Below the pieces are notes generated by a model. The model was not told the DNA's origin. It worked only from the letters and a program-made list of their open reading frames with translations, and searched no databases. Both the position numbers and the translations under genes were made by a program. From a plasmid, in sequence record NZ_CP011050.1: a stretch of 53,457 bases of DNA; one strand, given 5' to 3'. How positions within the stretch are numbered: the first letter of the stretch is position 1; each line of letters begins with the position of its first letter. Shown piece after piece: positions 8,909 through 18,149 of this stretch.

Positions 8909-9099
8909 GAGGTTACGCAGCGCGCGGCCGTGTTCACCACTCAGGGGTTTGTAGTGCGCCGGACGCAGGTAAACCGGGTCAGGGCATTTGCAGGCCGTGG
9001 AATGGATGCCACGGTGGCGCCGGTCGGCGGGGGGATCAGATTATCATTCACGCCGGCCTTTTCTTATGGCGGCCGGGTGTTGTGTTATGTAATGCATGC

Positions 9100-9197
9100 G
9101 TTATAATCCTTCACAGGCTACCAGCCTGCTTTTGGGCCCCCTGAATATCTGAAGATTCCGCCAAGTTTCTGTACAGATTTCAGGGGGTTTTTGCATT
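9100..9197 (+). ncRNA. copA: CopA-like antisense RNA of the IncFII replicon (hairpin 9137-9187 plus T-run)
   Basis: Plus-strand stem CCCCCTGAATATCTG/CAGATTTCAGGGGG with 22-nt loop followed by TTTTT, ~200 nt upstream of repA1 on the opposite strand. Confidence 0.45.
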
Positions 9198-9610
9198 CGG
9201 GCTCCGGCAACTGCCTTTCCCGCTCCTGAGCGTCTTACGGACGCGCCCAATCCTTTTGTCCTTCCTTCTCCGTCCGGTCGCATTAACGAACGCAGAAGTT
9301 TTTTCTGCCTTATCTGTCCGGCTTCAGCCTCACCACAGGCTTTCACCGCATCCGCTCATTTCCGGTCACCACACCAGTCCCGAGCGGGCAATTTCAGTTA
9401 AGTCAGAAATTTAAAATATATCAGCCAGATACCTCACCACAGGCGTCCCGGCTCGCAGAAGTCTACCGCTTTGCCTGCTAATTTTCTACCTGTCACCGCT
9501 CAGCAAGTGTGCGACTGCTGAAAATTTTCATGTTCCGGGAAAAATACCGTGACCGGCATCTCCTTTCAGGCTTCAGAAGGCGGTATCAAAACCTGTCGGA
9601 AAAAACCGGG

Positions 9611-9665
9611 AGGGCTCGCCGCAGACTCAGACCGTGAACGGTCTGAGCAAGGAAGCGCAGGGGAA
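9611..9665 (+). repeat. 55-bp direct repeat copy 1 with 22-bp palindrome CTCAGACCGTGAACGGTCTGAG
   Basis: 53/55 identity with 10626-10680; the two copies bracket the dsbA-like gene. Confidence 0.9.
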
Positions 9666-9752
9666 CTCAGGCTGCATGAGAGAGAAGGATGCACTGCGTT
9701 AAGAATGATGATTCTGGCGGAAATGCCATCATACGCAGTCTGACAGGTAAAA

Positions 9753-10541
9753 TTATTGCGACGTCTGTTCAGCTTTTCTGATGGCCAGCTGAATCTCTTC
9801 TGCGGTTTCGCCTCCTTCCAGCACGGTGATGTTGTCTGGCGTCGCGCCAGTCACCGGCATAATGATAAGAGCTGGCGCCCCGATAAGTCCCAGCTGCTTC
9901 GCCAGCGCGTCGTTGCGCGAAAGCGCGGCGCTGTTATCCGGTATGCTGTTTGCCACAAAGCCCGCGGCCATTGCTGCGTTATCAATATCCTCTGTGGTGA
10001 GTTCACCGTTCATGTGCATGGTGTTGAACAGTTTGTTGTGATACGTCATGTAAGCCTGTTCACCTTTCGCTTTCCACACTGCCAGGCCGCGCTGAGCCGC
10101 CTGTTCCGATGAAGGCCATTCCCCGGCATAAATGGTCCACGCCTTAAAGACGAAACGAACTCCCGGGTTCGTTTTCATTACCTTTTCGATTTCCCAGGTC
10201 ATTTTGTAGCAGTAGAGGCACTGGTAATCCAGGAACTCAATGACGGCTACTTTTGCCTTTTCCGGGCCATACGCCGGTGTGTCTGCATCATGCAGCAGCG
10301 CTTCCTGATTTGCCATAACGACCGGTACGGGGTTTTTTTGCTCCGGCAACTGCAGTTTCTGGCGGATCATCGCCTTAATCTCCTTAATCTTCGCTTCGTC
10401 GATTTTATTGTCGGCTCCTGTCTTTCCTGTGCGGGCTTCCTGCTCCGGTGTAAAAGTCTGTGCCGGTACAGCCGCGGCGCTGCCCGCGAATAATGAAAAA
10501 GCCGCGCCAAGCGCGGCCAGAGTGGTACGTGTCATAGTCAC
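9753..10541 (-). CDS. DsbA-like periplasmic thiol:disulfide oxidoreductase (thioredoxin fold, CxxC)
   Basis: Signal peptide MTMTRTTLAALGAAFSLFAGSAAA; active-site-like CLYC; DsbA-like length. Confidence 0.7.
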   Translation of the reverse strand: MTMTRTTLAALGAAFSLFAGSAAAVPAQTFTPEQEARTGKTGADNKIDEAKIKEIKAMIRQKLQLPEQKNPVPVVMANQEALLHDADTPAYGPEKAKVAVIEFLDYQCLYCYKMTWEIEKVMKTNPGVRFVFKAWTIYAGEWPSSEQAAQRGLAVWKAKGEQAYMTYHNKLFNTMHMNGELTTEDIDNAAMAAGFVANSIPDNSAALSRNDALAKQLGLIGAPALIIMPVTGATPDNITVLEGGETAEEIQLAIRKAEQTSQ

Positions 10542-10625
10542 TCCTCTGATCTACGTTCTTTCTGAATATGTCGATTATGCCCGAATTCTTCCCGCTCAGG
10601 CTGCAGGCTGTCTGAAAAAGCTGGC

Positions 10626-10680
10626 AGGGCTCGCCGCAGACTCAGACCGTGAACGGTCTGAGCGAGGAAGCGCAAGGGAA
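10626..10680 (+). repeat. 55-bp direct repeat copy 2 (palindrome at 10641-10662)
   Basis: See copy 1. Confidence 0.9.
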
Positions 10681-12178
10681 TCCGCTCTCCTACCTACCGG
10701 CTTCAAAAACGAAAAATATATTAAGCCCCTCAATTTTACTTGTTGATATAACAATCACGCTAACTATTCAGCCAATAGCTCCCGCATTAAAACCAGCTAC
10801 TTCAGCCAAAGATAAAAGGGTCTTATTCACCTTTAAATTTATATATAGCACAGGTTTCTTTATGCCAACTAATGAGCTTGCGTTCTATCAGTTCCTTTCA
10901 TCAAAAAAGCAGCGCGATGTAGAACACTAGAATAATAGCGCTTTACTGACGTTGAGTATGCCGCTTTGTGCCAGAAGATGATTAATACATATGTAACAAC
11001 CAAAATGCAAAAATGTAACAGGTAGCCACCTTTTTAAATCTGGAACATTCGCCTACACTTTATAAATAAAGCAGAACAGCGATATAAAAAACCAAAGAGA
11101 CACTAATAAAAAGGCTTATCAATCTTCGTCTTAACAAAGCTGTAAGACATCAGACTGCAGCATGCTAACATCTAAAGAACTAGACGATAAGATTTGCGTT
11201 ATCATCAGATTAGCTTGAATAATAAAACAATGACAAAGAGAATGAATACGTCGCGATATTTAAAAGTGGTTTTGCAGGTTCATACGGAGGATGCTTAGGC
11301 TTAAAACATTAACAATCTTGTATGAAGATTACCTGCCCAAAAAAAAACGGTGCTGAAAAAAAAGCTTTGCCGTGAAACAGTGAGGGCGCCTCATATAGTT
11401 TAATAGCCGAAATTTTCAGCCGTAGATAAATTTTTATCATTTTTCAAAAAATGATATTACTTTGCTTCATGTAAAGCTAACTTTATTCATAGTGAGAATA
11501 AAGCCCAGCGTTTACTCCAGTCGCCCTCCCCCTTCTTTGCCCATTATCTCTTAAATATATTTTTACGGTCAGTGTTGATATGATCATCATACATTCTCGC
11601 GAAGCTGTGGTTTTCCTGATCAGATTAAGCCGATAGTCCTCTAGATCAAAACCATCCTCTCTGCTCTCGTGTCTCGCGTCTATTTATAGATAAACACGCC
11701 TAGGCTAATTAATTGCAGCCTACAGAGATATTTTTATTTCCCGAAAAACTATTGTTCTGCATATCTTTAGAAAAAAGATGTTGTTCTTCTCGTTCAATTC
11801 TACTTATAAGGTAAATGCTAATCGCCCCAGATTTTATCTCTTTTAAAACGGTGTCGAAACCGACACTACATAAAGCTAACTGGTTGTGTAAGTTCTTTCT
11901 GGAGTCAGGCTGTGAGCATCGCACAATCCAACACTTTGGCATCTTATACAGTAGTACAATCCGGCTCTGTGATGTGCGACAGTGTGACACCATGCGACAA
12001 CCATCTCAATGAAAATTCTCGTCATCTACCTTTGTGTGATATGGGTGAGACATATCGACACTAACAGGTATCAGGATTGTGTTAACTTTTAGTGTCGGGT
12101 TGTGTGATAGTTTTAGCTTACACCTACCTACCGACGAAACTTTTTCACCATATGTAGCTGAAATTAAAGATTTAATCT

Positions 12179-12215
12179 GCAAGACAACGTCTTGCGTGGG
12201 GTGTGATGTTTTAAG
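12179..12215 (+). promoter_or_regulatory. oriT: F-like oriT nick-region relic: inverted repeat GCAAGAC-AAC-GTCTTGC followed by GTGGGGTGT|GATGTTTT
   Basis: F oriT nic is GCAAAAAC-TTG-TTTTTGC GTGGGGTGT|GGTGCTTTT; the inverted repeat position and GTGGGGTGT nonamer are identical here; the 5'->3' direction leads toward the hok/sok leading region as in F. Confidence 0.55.
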
Positions 12216-12240
12216 GGTGAGGTAAAGCGCGGCCTGATAT

Positions 12241-12280
12241 AATCTTTTGCTAGTGCAAAAGATTATTTTTGATATGATTA
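12241..12280 (+). terminator. rho-independent terminator hairpin ATAATCTTTTGC-TAGT-GCAAAAGATTAT plus T-run
   Basis: 12-bp perfect stem followed by TTTTT. Confidence 0.6.
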
Positions 12281-12629
12281 ACATCTGCATCTGAAGCGCC
12301 CCCTGCGTGTTTGTAAGGCGTTTCTTTTCTGATTAGGTTGTTTTCTTAGTGTTTTTTATGTAAGGCTCTACTGGCTTGATAAATACCACTCTGATTTCAG
12401 GCAGTCCCGCTCGTTTGTTCGTTCCAAACATATAATTTCCGCGAACGTATCCCACAACGAAAAGTAGAAAATTGGCAATATCTAATCGAAACAACAAAAG
12501 ATGCCCATCAGGATGAAGTTTGGCTGAGAAAATTAAGCTTTAGGAGTGGTCACATCAAAACTTTCAAACATACGATTAACTGCCATGTTTTTCTTGCCTT
12601 TTAAAGGGCAAGAGGATTATACTAAGTTT

Positions 12630-12688
12630 GTCACGCGTACAGATGGCCTCGTTGGTTAATTGAAAAGTTACCTTCGAGGCCTTTTTAT
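12630..12688 (+). ncRNA. sok: orphan sok-like antisense RNA (second, degenerate hok/sok locus lacking an intact hok CDS)
   Basis: Promoter TTGCCT-17-TATACT, then GGCCTCG...CGAGGCC hairpin plus TTTTT; homologous to the sok region at 13826-13887; the minus strand keeps the hok leader/SD, but the ATG is followed by an unrelated 17-codon frame. Confidence 0.5.
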
Positions 12689-13511
12689 TTATGCCTGATG
12701 ACGCTTCATACATCATATAAACGTCATGAAGCGAGAAATTACTTTAAAAAAGATTTCAATTTTCACATGCCATTTCCTCATAAATAACAACATAAATACA
12801 GACGTACACGATCACGACAAATAATTCACGCAAAAACAAATAAACGCATGGTGAAGCAAAAGACACAACCTATAAAATAACGATAATACCAACAATCACA
12901 CCGCAAAGAGTTCTTTTATAAAGACGCACCTTTTTTTAAACATACGCTCCCCCATAAAAAACACAAAAGTATAAAGTGAAAGTAGCAAAAATAAATACAA
13001 CAAAAGAACCTATAGACTTACAAAAAACTACTAATTATTTTCATTAAGTGCAAAAGACTATCAAGTGAGAAAAGTGTAAATTTAACCACGAAAGAAATTA
13101 TTATTACTTACCTGCCCCCCGATTATTGGATACAACCGTCAAATAGTAGTGTCGTTTTGTTAACCTTCTGGTTAGCGTTCTATTCAGCCTGCTGCAAAAA
13201 TTCAAAAGGCACATGATAATTCAACGAAGAATGAGGGTTTACTGATAAGCCGCCATCAATAACATTTTCCGACATACTGTTAATTGTAGGATTTACATCT
13301 ACTTATTGTTGTCGGGGACGCGCCAGTCAAGAACCTGATTAATGATGACTAGTTTATCTTCATCTTACACTGATATTTCAGCGTAGCCTGTACAAATAAT
13401 CGCTAAACGCCCGCAGGCAACATTAGAACTTTGATGGCGTAAATATTTTCATCAGCTTTATATAAACCCCTGCCTGCAGAGCCTGCCGACGGGCTTCACC
13501 GGCCTGTATGC

Positions 13512-13548
13512 AGAAAAAAGGGCTGCCAGCCTGAACTGACAGCCCCTT
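13512..13548 (-). terminator. rho-independent terminator (minus strand) GGGGCTG...CAGCCC plus TTTTTT
   Basis: Reverse complement shows GC stem followed by T6. Confidence 0.55.
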
Positions 13549-13585
13549 ATAAAGGCGCTCGTGGCAATGCAATCCAACATCTTCT

Positions 13586-13610
13586 CTGAAAAGGCGGGGT
13601 TTTCCCCGCC
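13586..13610 (-). terminator. hok terminator: GGCGGGG-AAAA-CCCCGCC plus TTTT (minus strand)
   Basis: Perfect 7-bp GC stem immediately 3' of the hok stop. Confidence 0.65.
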
Positions 13611-13618
13611 TCCAGATT

Positions 13619-13777
13619 GCTACTTACCGGATTCGTAAGCCAGAAACGCAGCGAACTCCCTTTGCCCGTCCTTCAGTCGTAATTCACAGAGCGAATTACG
13701 CGTCAGTAATGTGAATATCAACAGCGTTAAACATACGGTTAATACGCACCAGAACAGAGTGCTTCGCGGCAGTTTCA
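13619..13777 (-). CDS. hok: Hok/Gef-family type I toxin (52 aa)
   Basis: Reverse-strand translation [52 protein letters not shown] closely matches Hok ([52 protein letters not shown]); AGGAG SD. Confidence 0.9.
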
Positions 13778-13836
13778 TGGCCTTCTTCTCCTTGCCTTAC
13801 GGCGGGTAAGAGGCTATCCTGATGTTGTTCAAGCAT
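13697..13836 (-). CDS. mok: Mok (modulation of killing) overlapping reading frame
   Basis: [49 protein letters not shown] starts upstream of hok and overlaps it out of frame, as in hok/mok/sok. Confidence 0.6.
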
Positions 13837-13887
13837 GCAGATGGCCTCGTTGGTTAATTGAAAAATTACCTTCGGGGCTTTCTTCTT
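13826..13887 (+). ncRNA. sok: Sok antisense RNA
   Basis: Promoter TTGCCT(13791)-17-TATCCT(13814); transcript is complementary to the mok start region; hairpin GGCCTCG...CGGGGC plus T-rich run. Confidence 0.6.
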
Positions 13888-14599
13888 TCTGCCTCACAAC
13901 AATGTTACACACCACGTGAACGTCATGAGACAAAAAGCCTCAAGCGCCACGGGCATTATATCCCCATGTCGATTATCTGCCCAGGACTAACAGTCCTTAA
14001 GCCTGTATAAACGCTCACCATTTTCCTCGGTCATTCTTTTCCTAATATTCCCAGAACCTCATGAATCATAGCGGCGCGCTATTCACTTTAACGTAGGCTG
14101 CGGGCACGCAAAGGTGAAGCTGGTATTGTGTCGCCAAACACGGGTTCGAGAGGCGACCCAATCCAGATGCTCCGTATGAGCGTTAGATAAACCTACGTCA
14201 GGACACATCAAGGCTGGCTGTATCGTGTCGTGGTTGTAGATTTGTTCTCAGTAAGATTATCGGTTGGTTAATGCACTACAGATGACGGTGTAACTCCCAG
14301 TATGGCCGATCAGTTCAGAGTTCCACCCTTATGTAGGTGCTGACATAACTATCAATTTTCATCGTACGAAACTACATTACTCATCTACTCAAAAACTCAA
14401 ATGAGTTGAAATAATGATTTATAATGTTTCCGCAGATGCTCTATGGCTACAGTTGTAACCATGGGGCCTGTGTCGTCGTCTTCAGATACCCCTTAAGGCA
14501 CCATCGTCCCTTCACTGGCATAGCTAGTAGCCAAACATCGCTATGCGCGTTTCTATGGATATTGATTCTGTGTCCGACCGTAGGCGGATAAATTTGTAT

Positions 14600-14725
14600 C
14601 TAAGCCTCATACTCATATGAGTAAATACACATAATTTCATTTACACATTTTCCTTTATGCTTTAAACTGCTTACGTAAAAACTCATTACAGTAAATACTC
14701 ATAAACTCATATGAGTAAAATGTGA
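14600..14725. repeat. parC-like centromere/operator repeats (ACTCATATGAGTAAA variants) upstream of parA
   Basis: ACTCATATGAGTAAA at ~14609 and ~14704; related copies at 14388-14412, 15355-15390 and 15645-15670. Confidence 0.6.
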
Positions 14726-14732
14726 GGTATAA

Positions 14733-15350
14733 ATGAAAGTAATATCGTTTTTGAATCCAAAAGGTGGGAGCGGTAAAACTACTGTCACAATTAACGTCAG
14801 TACGAGCATTGCTAAGCGACATCGTGTGGCTGTTGTAGACACCGATCCGCAGCAAAGCCTTGCAAACTGGAACAAGGCTGAAAAAGCGAACTTTGACGTA
14901 TTCACTGCAGCATCAGAAAAGGATGTTTATACAATAAGAAAAGAACTTGCAGATTATGACTATGTCATCATTGATGGAGCAGGTGCGCTTTCTGTAATTA
15001 CTGCCGCTGCAGTTATGGTCAGCGATCTGGTTATCATTCCAGTGACACCGTCACCATTGGATTTTTCAGCTTCTGGTGCAGTTATAAGTGTGCTGGAAGC
15101 TCAGTCATATAGCAGACCTGTTGAGTGCCGTTTCCTTATTACACGCAAAATCGAGCAAGCTACGATGCTTAGTGTTCTGCGTGAGAGCATCGCTGCAACA
15201 GGAATTCCTTCTTTAAAAACGTCTATTACGCAAAGACAGAGCTATGTGAAATCTGTTCTTGATGGCGAAACGGTGTTTGATACTAATGACGGAGCTGCCA
15301 AAGGTGAGATAGAAGTGCTTGCAGGTGAGATCCTTAAATTAATTGATTAA
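14733..15350 (+). CDS. parA: ParA/ParF-like partition ATPase (small type Ib)
   Basis: Deviant Walker A KGGSGKTT; 205 aa; flanked by palindromic repeats. Confidence 0.85.
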   Translation: MKVISFLNPKGGSGKTTVTINVSTSIAKRHRVAVVDTDPQQSLANWNKAEKANFDVFTAASEKDVYTIRKELADYDYVIIDGAGALSVITAAAVMVSDLVIIPVTPSPLDFSASGAVISVLEAQSYSRPVECRFLITRKIEQATMLSVLRESIAATGIPSLKTSITQRQSYVKSVLDGETVFDTNDGAAKGEIEVLAGEILKLID

Positions 15351-15402
15351 ATACACATTTACACATAAACTCAAATGAGTAAATTTGTGCTGGAGTGTTG
15401 TT

Positions 15403-15642
15403 ATGAGCTTAGTAAAACAGAACCGTAATCAGACTGCCTCACCTCGGGTTATGACCTTCGGTGAAAACAGGGATTTAGATAAAGTTATATCAGCCCAACC
15501 ATCGGGCATACAGAAACGCGTCAATTTCAATATGGCAGAAGAAAAACATCAGAGATTAAAAGCCGCATGTGCCCGAAAAGGCGCTTCTATTTCAGATGTA
15601 ATGAATGATCTCGTTGATTCGTGGTTAAAAGATAATGAGTAA
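15403..15642 (+). CDS. parG: ParG-like ribbon-helix-helix centromere-binding protein
   Basis: Small basic protein immediately after parA with GGAG RBS; C-terminal RHH-like KRVNFNMAEEKHQRLKAACARKGASISDVMNDLV. Confidence 0.6.
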   Translation: MSLVKQNRNQTASPRVMTFGENRDLDKVISAQPSGIQKRVNFNMAEEKHQRLKAACARKGASISDVMNDLVDSWLKDNE

Positions 15643-15959
15643 GTGAGTTTTTACTCATTAACTCAAATGTTCTTTCTTAAGCGAATGATTACTTTAGTTG
15701 GCTAAATGAAACATCTATAGGTGATGGGCGTTTGGTTTGTAGGCTTGATACAAAGTGTAATCGTACTTGGCTGCTAACCAGTATAGGGCCTCAAGATAGG
15801 TGTTAGCGTGTACGCACGTAGCAAGATTTATAGCCATATGATCACGTAGTACTTTATCCACATATTCACCTGATAGATCAATTGATCAGATCATTATATA
15901 GATCATTACAGTTCAATAGAGATCACCTTATCTGTAACTCACTGTTTTATATTAAATAA

Positions 15960-16085
15960 ATAGCGATCACGGCGGTTATTTTCATAAGCCGGGCGGTTAC
16001 TTTCATAGTTAAGGCGTTTACTTTCATAACGTAGGCGGTTATTTTCATAAGTTAAATGCGGTTACTTTCATAAAGACAGCTGCTT
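15960..16085 (+). repeat. five upstream iterons (GCGGTTAyTTTCATAA) of the RepFIB-type replicon
   Basis: Directly repeated ~19-21-bp units visible upstream of the rep gene. Confidence 0.85.
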
Positions 16086-16106
16086 TTACTCACTGGATGT
16101 GGATAA

Positions 16107-16979
16107 ATGGAAAATTCTGAAGCGCAGCAAAGTCCTTTTGCGATCAAAAAGAAAGAGTCAGGGGAGAGTTATGAGCTGACGCCGAACAGTAACAAAACTG
16201 TTCAGCCTGTGGCTTTGTTACGCCTCAGTGTGTTCACTCCGGTATCTCCAAAAGAGAAGGGAAAACGTGATTTTCTTATTGATGCGTCGGAAGAACTTTC
16301 AAGCCTGGAAGTTGCGCGGCAGGAAGGGTACACCAATATCAAAATCCAGGGGGCTAAGCTCGGTATGTCAACCGACTTTAAGACTTGGATCGGGATTATT
16401 TCAGCGTTCTCCAAGTATGGTTATACCTCCGACAAAATTTGTCTACCTTTCTCAGAGTTCGCAAGGATGTGCGGTCTGAGACCAACCGACATCAATGGCC
16501 GAGCCAGAAATCGATTAAGCGAATCTCTTTTTAACCTGTCTAGCGTGACTCTTTCGTTTCGCAGCCAGGATGGCAAGCGCAGCCTTGTAACCCACCTTGT
16601 CCAACGTGCGCAACTTGATATGGAAACGAATGAAGTTGAGATAGTTGGAGATCCGAGTCTATGGGAGCTATATCGCTATGATCATAAGGTTTTACTCGGA
16701 CTGAAAGCGCTGTCAGCATTATCCCGTAAGGAATCAGCCCAATCCCTTTATGTCTATTTCGAAAGTATGCCTGCCGGTACGTTGTATGTCTCCATGAAGC
16801 GGCTGCGTGAAAGGCTTGCAATGGAATCTCAGGTAAAGGACCAGAATGCAACTATACGGCGCGCGATGAAGGATTTAAAAAGCATTGGTTATCTTGATTA
16901 CACAGAAACCAAAAAGGGTAGGGAAATCATGTTCATTGTTCACTCTCGATCGCCGCGCCTTACGTTGCCAGTAGCGTGA
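16107..16979 (+). CDS. repB: iteron-type replication initiator (Rep_3 / RepFIB-like)
   Basis: 290-aa ORF flanked on both sides by iterons; layout matches RepFIB of F-like plasmids. Confidence 0.75.
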   Translation: MENSEAQQSPFAIKKKESGESYELTPNSNKTVQPVALLRLSVFTPVSPKEKGKRDFLIDASEELSSLEVARQEGYTNIKIQGAKLGMSTDFKTWIGIISAFSKYGYTSDKICLPFSEFARMCGLRPTDINGRARNRLSESLFNLSSVTLSFRSQDGKRSLVTHLVQRAQLDMETNEVEIVGDPSLWELYRYDHKVLLGLKALSALSRKESAQSLYVYFESMPAGTLYVSMKRLRERLAMESQVKDQNATIRRAMKDLKSIGYLDYTETKKGREIMFIVHSRSPRLTLPVA

Positions 16980-17300
16980 AGGCGGTCACATTCATAAACT
17001 GTTTGAAAGCGGCTGCATTCATACTTTTGATTGTTTAAAAGCGGTTGCTTTCATAAGGTACTCATCTTTTGATAGCCTGAAGGCATTGATGACAAGGGGA
17101 TAGCCTAAATTTCATGAATAAAGAGGTGCCTGAAGTCAGGCGATCTTATGAAAGTAGCCGCTTGTTATGAACGCAGCGAGCTATTTATGAAAGTAACCAC
17201 CTTGTTGGAGGCTGAGTTAACGCCCAGCCAGAAGCCAAACCGTTCTGATCGTCAGGAGAGATATATAATAGCGGTTATATTCATAATGACATTGCGCTAG
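16980..17300. repeat. downstream iterons (direct and inverted GCGGyTrCATTCATAA-like units)
   Basis: At least 6 copies in both orientations. Confidence 0.75.
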
Positions 17301-17360
17301 ATGAAGTCTGGCCTGTTATACCGTCAAAGCCTTGTTTTGTTCACATAGCGCAAAATTTAG

Positions 17361-18149
17361 CTATCTGATTTTCAACATTGCAACAGCATCAGTTTCTGCC
17401 ATTGAAAATTGAACCCTATGCCGTGCGGCGACATCCAGCGCAAAAACTTTCGTGTATACCTCCGTCGAGCTTACCGATTTATGCCCCATCAGACTCTGTA
17501 GTACCTTCAGCGGAATGCCGGCGTACAGCATGTGCATGGCGTAGGAATGCCGGAACGTGTGCGGTGTCACCGGCACCGAGAACGTGACACCATCAGCGGC
17601 AGCGGCATCGACGGCCTCATTAATCCACGTGCGTACGGTGCGGTCGGTGATTTCCCAGATACGCGCTTTTTCAATTCTGCCGGTACGCTTGTTGCGGTGC
17701 TCTAGCGGAATTTTCAGGGTGGCCACCATCATCTGCAGTTGGCTGACGTAATGCTGATCTGACAGTGGCACCAGGCGATGCGCCTGGCTGCCGGCCGGTG
17801 CCCGACCTGCCGTCCGCGCAGCTTTCTCCGCGCGCTGTTTAAGGGTTGCCAGCTGAACGAAAGGCAGGGATGACGTCAGCGAGAAATCACTCCGGGTAAG
17901 CGCCAGCGCCTCGTTAATGCGCGCGCCGGTGTTCCAGAGGGTTGCCAGCAGCATCTTGCGGTGCAGATCCGGCACATAGTGGAGCAGGGCGCTGACCTCC
18001 GGTGCCAGCAGGTATTTCGGCAGTTCATCCTGAACGAGCGCCATCTGACGCAGCGCCAGCGCGGCCGGATAATCGATGGCGACGGGTAACGATACCGCCT
18101 GCGACGACAGGGCGGGATAGTTGTTCATGGTCACGTAGTTATCCTTCAT
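17361..18149 (-). CDS. tyrosine site-specific recombinase (ResD/Int-like plasmid resolvase)
   Basis: C-terminal HTFRHSYAMHML....GH.S...T..Y catalytic motifs of the phage-integrase family; RepFIB-adjacent as in F resD. Confidence 0.75.
   Translation of the reverse strand: MKDNYVTMNNYPALSSQAVSLPVAIDYPAALALRQMALVQDELPKYLLAPEVSALLHYVPDLHRKMLLATLWNTGARINEALALTRSDFSLTSSLPFVQLATLKQRAEKAARTAGRAPAGSQAHRLVPLSDQHYVSQLQMMVATLKIPLEHRNKRTGRIEKARIWEITDRTVRTWINEAVDAAAADGVTFSVPVTPHTFRHSYAMHMLYAGIPLKVLQSLMGHKSVSSTEVYTKVFALDVAARHRVQFSMAETDAVAMLKIR

Noticed and set aside
8292-9106. 197-aa and 188-aa plus-strand ORFs
   Set aside because: Both are antisense to repA1 and Arg-rich, typical mirror-frame artefacts
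10649-10930. 93-aa ORF starting in the second 55-bp repeat
   Set aside because: Begins inside a repeat and runs into AT-rich DNA with no RBS; likely non-coding
12585-12659. 24-aa plus-strand peptide MFFLPFKGQEDYTKFVTRTDGLVG as a possible type I toxin
   Set aside because: Not hydrophobic or toxin-like; overlaps the sok-like promoter, so more likely incidental
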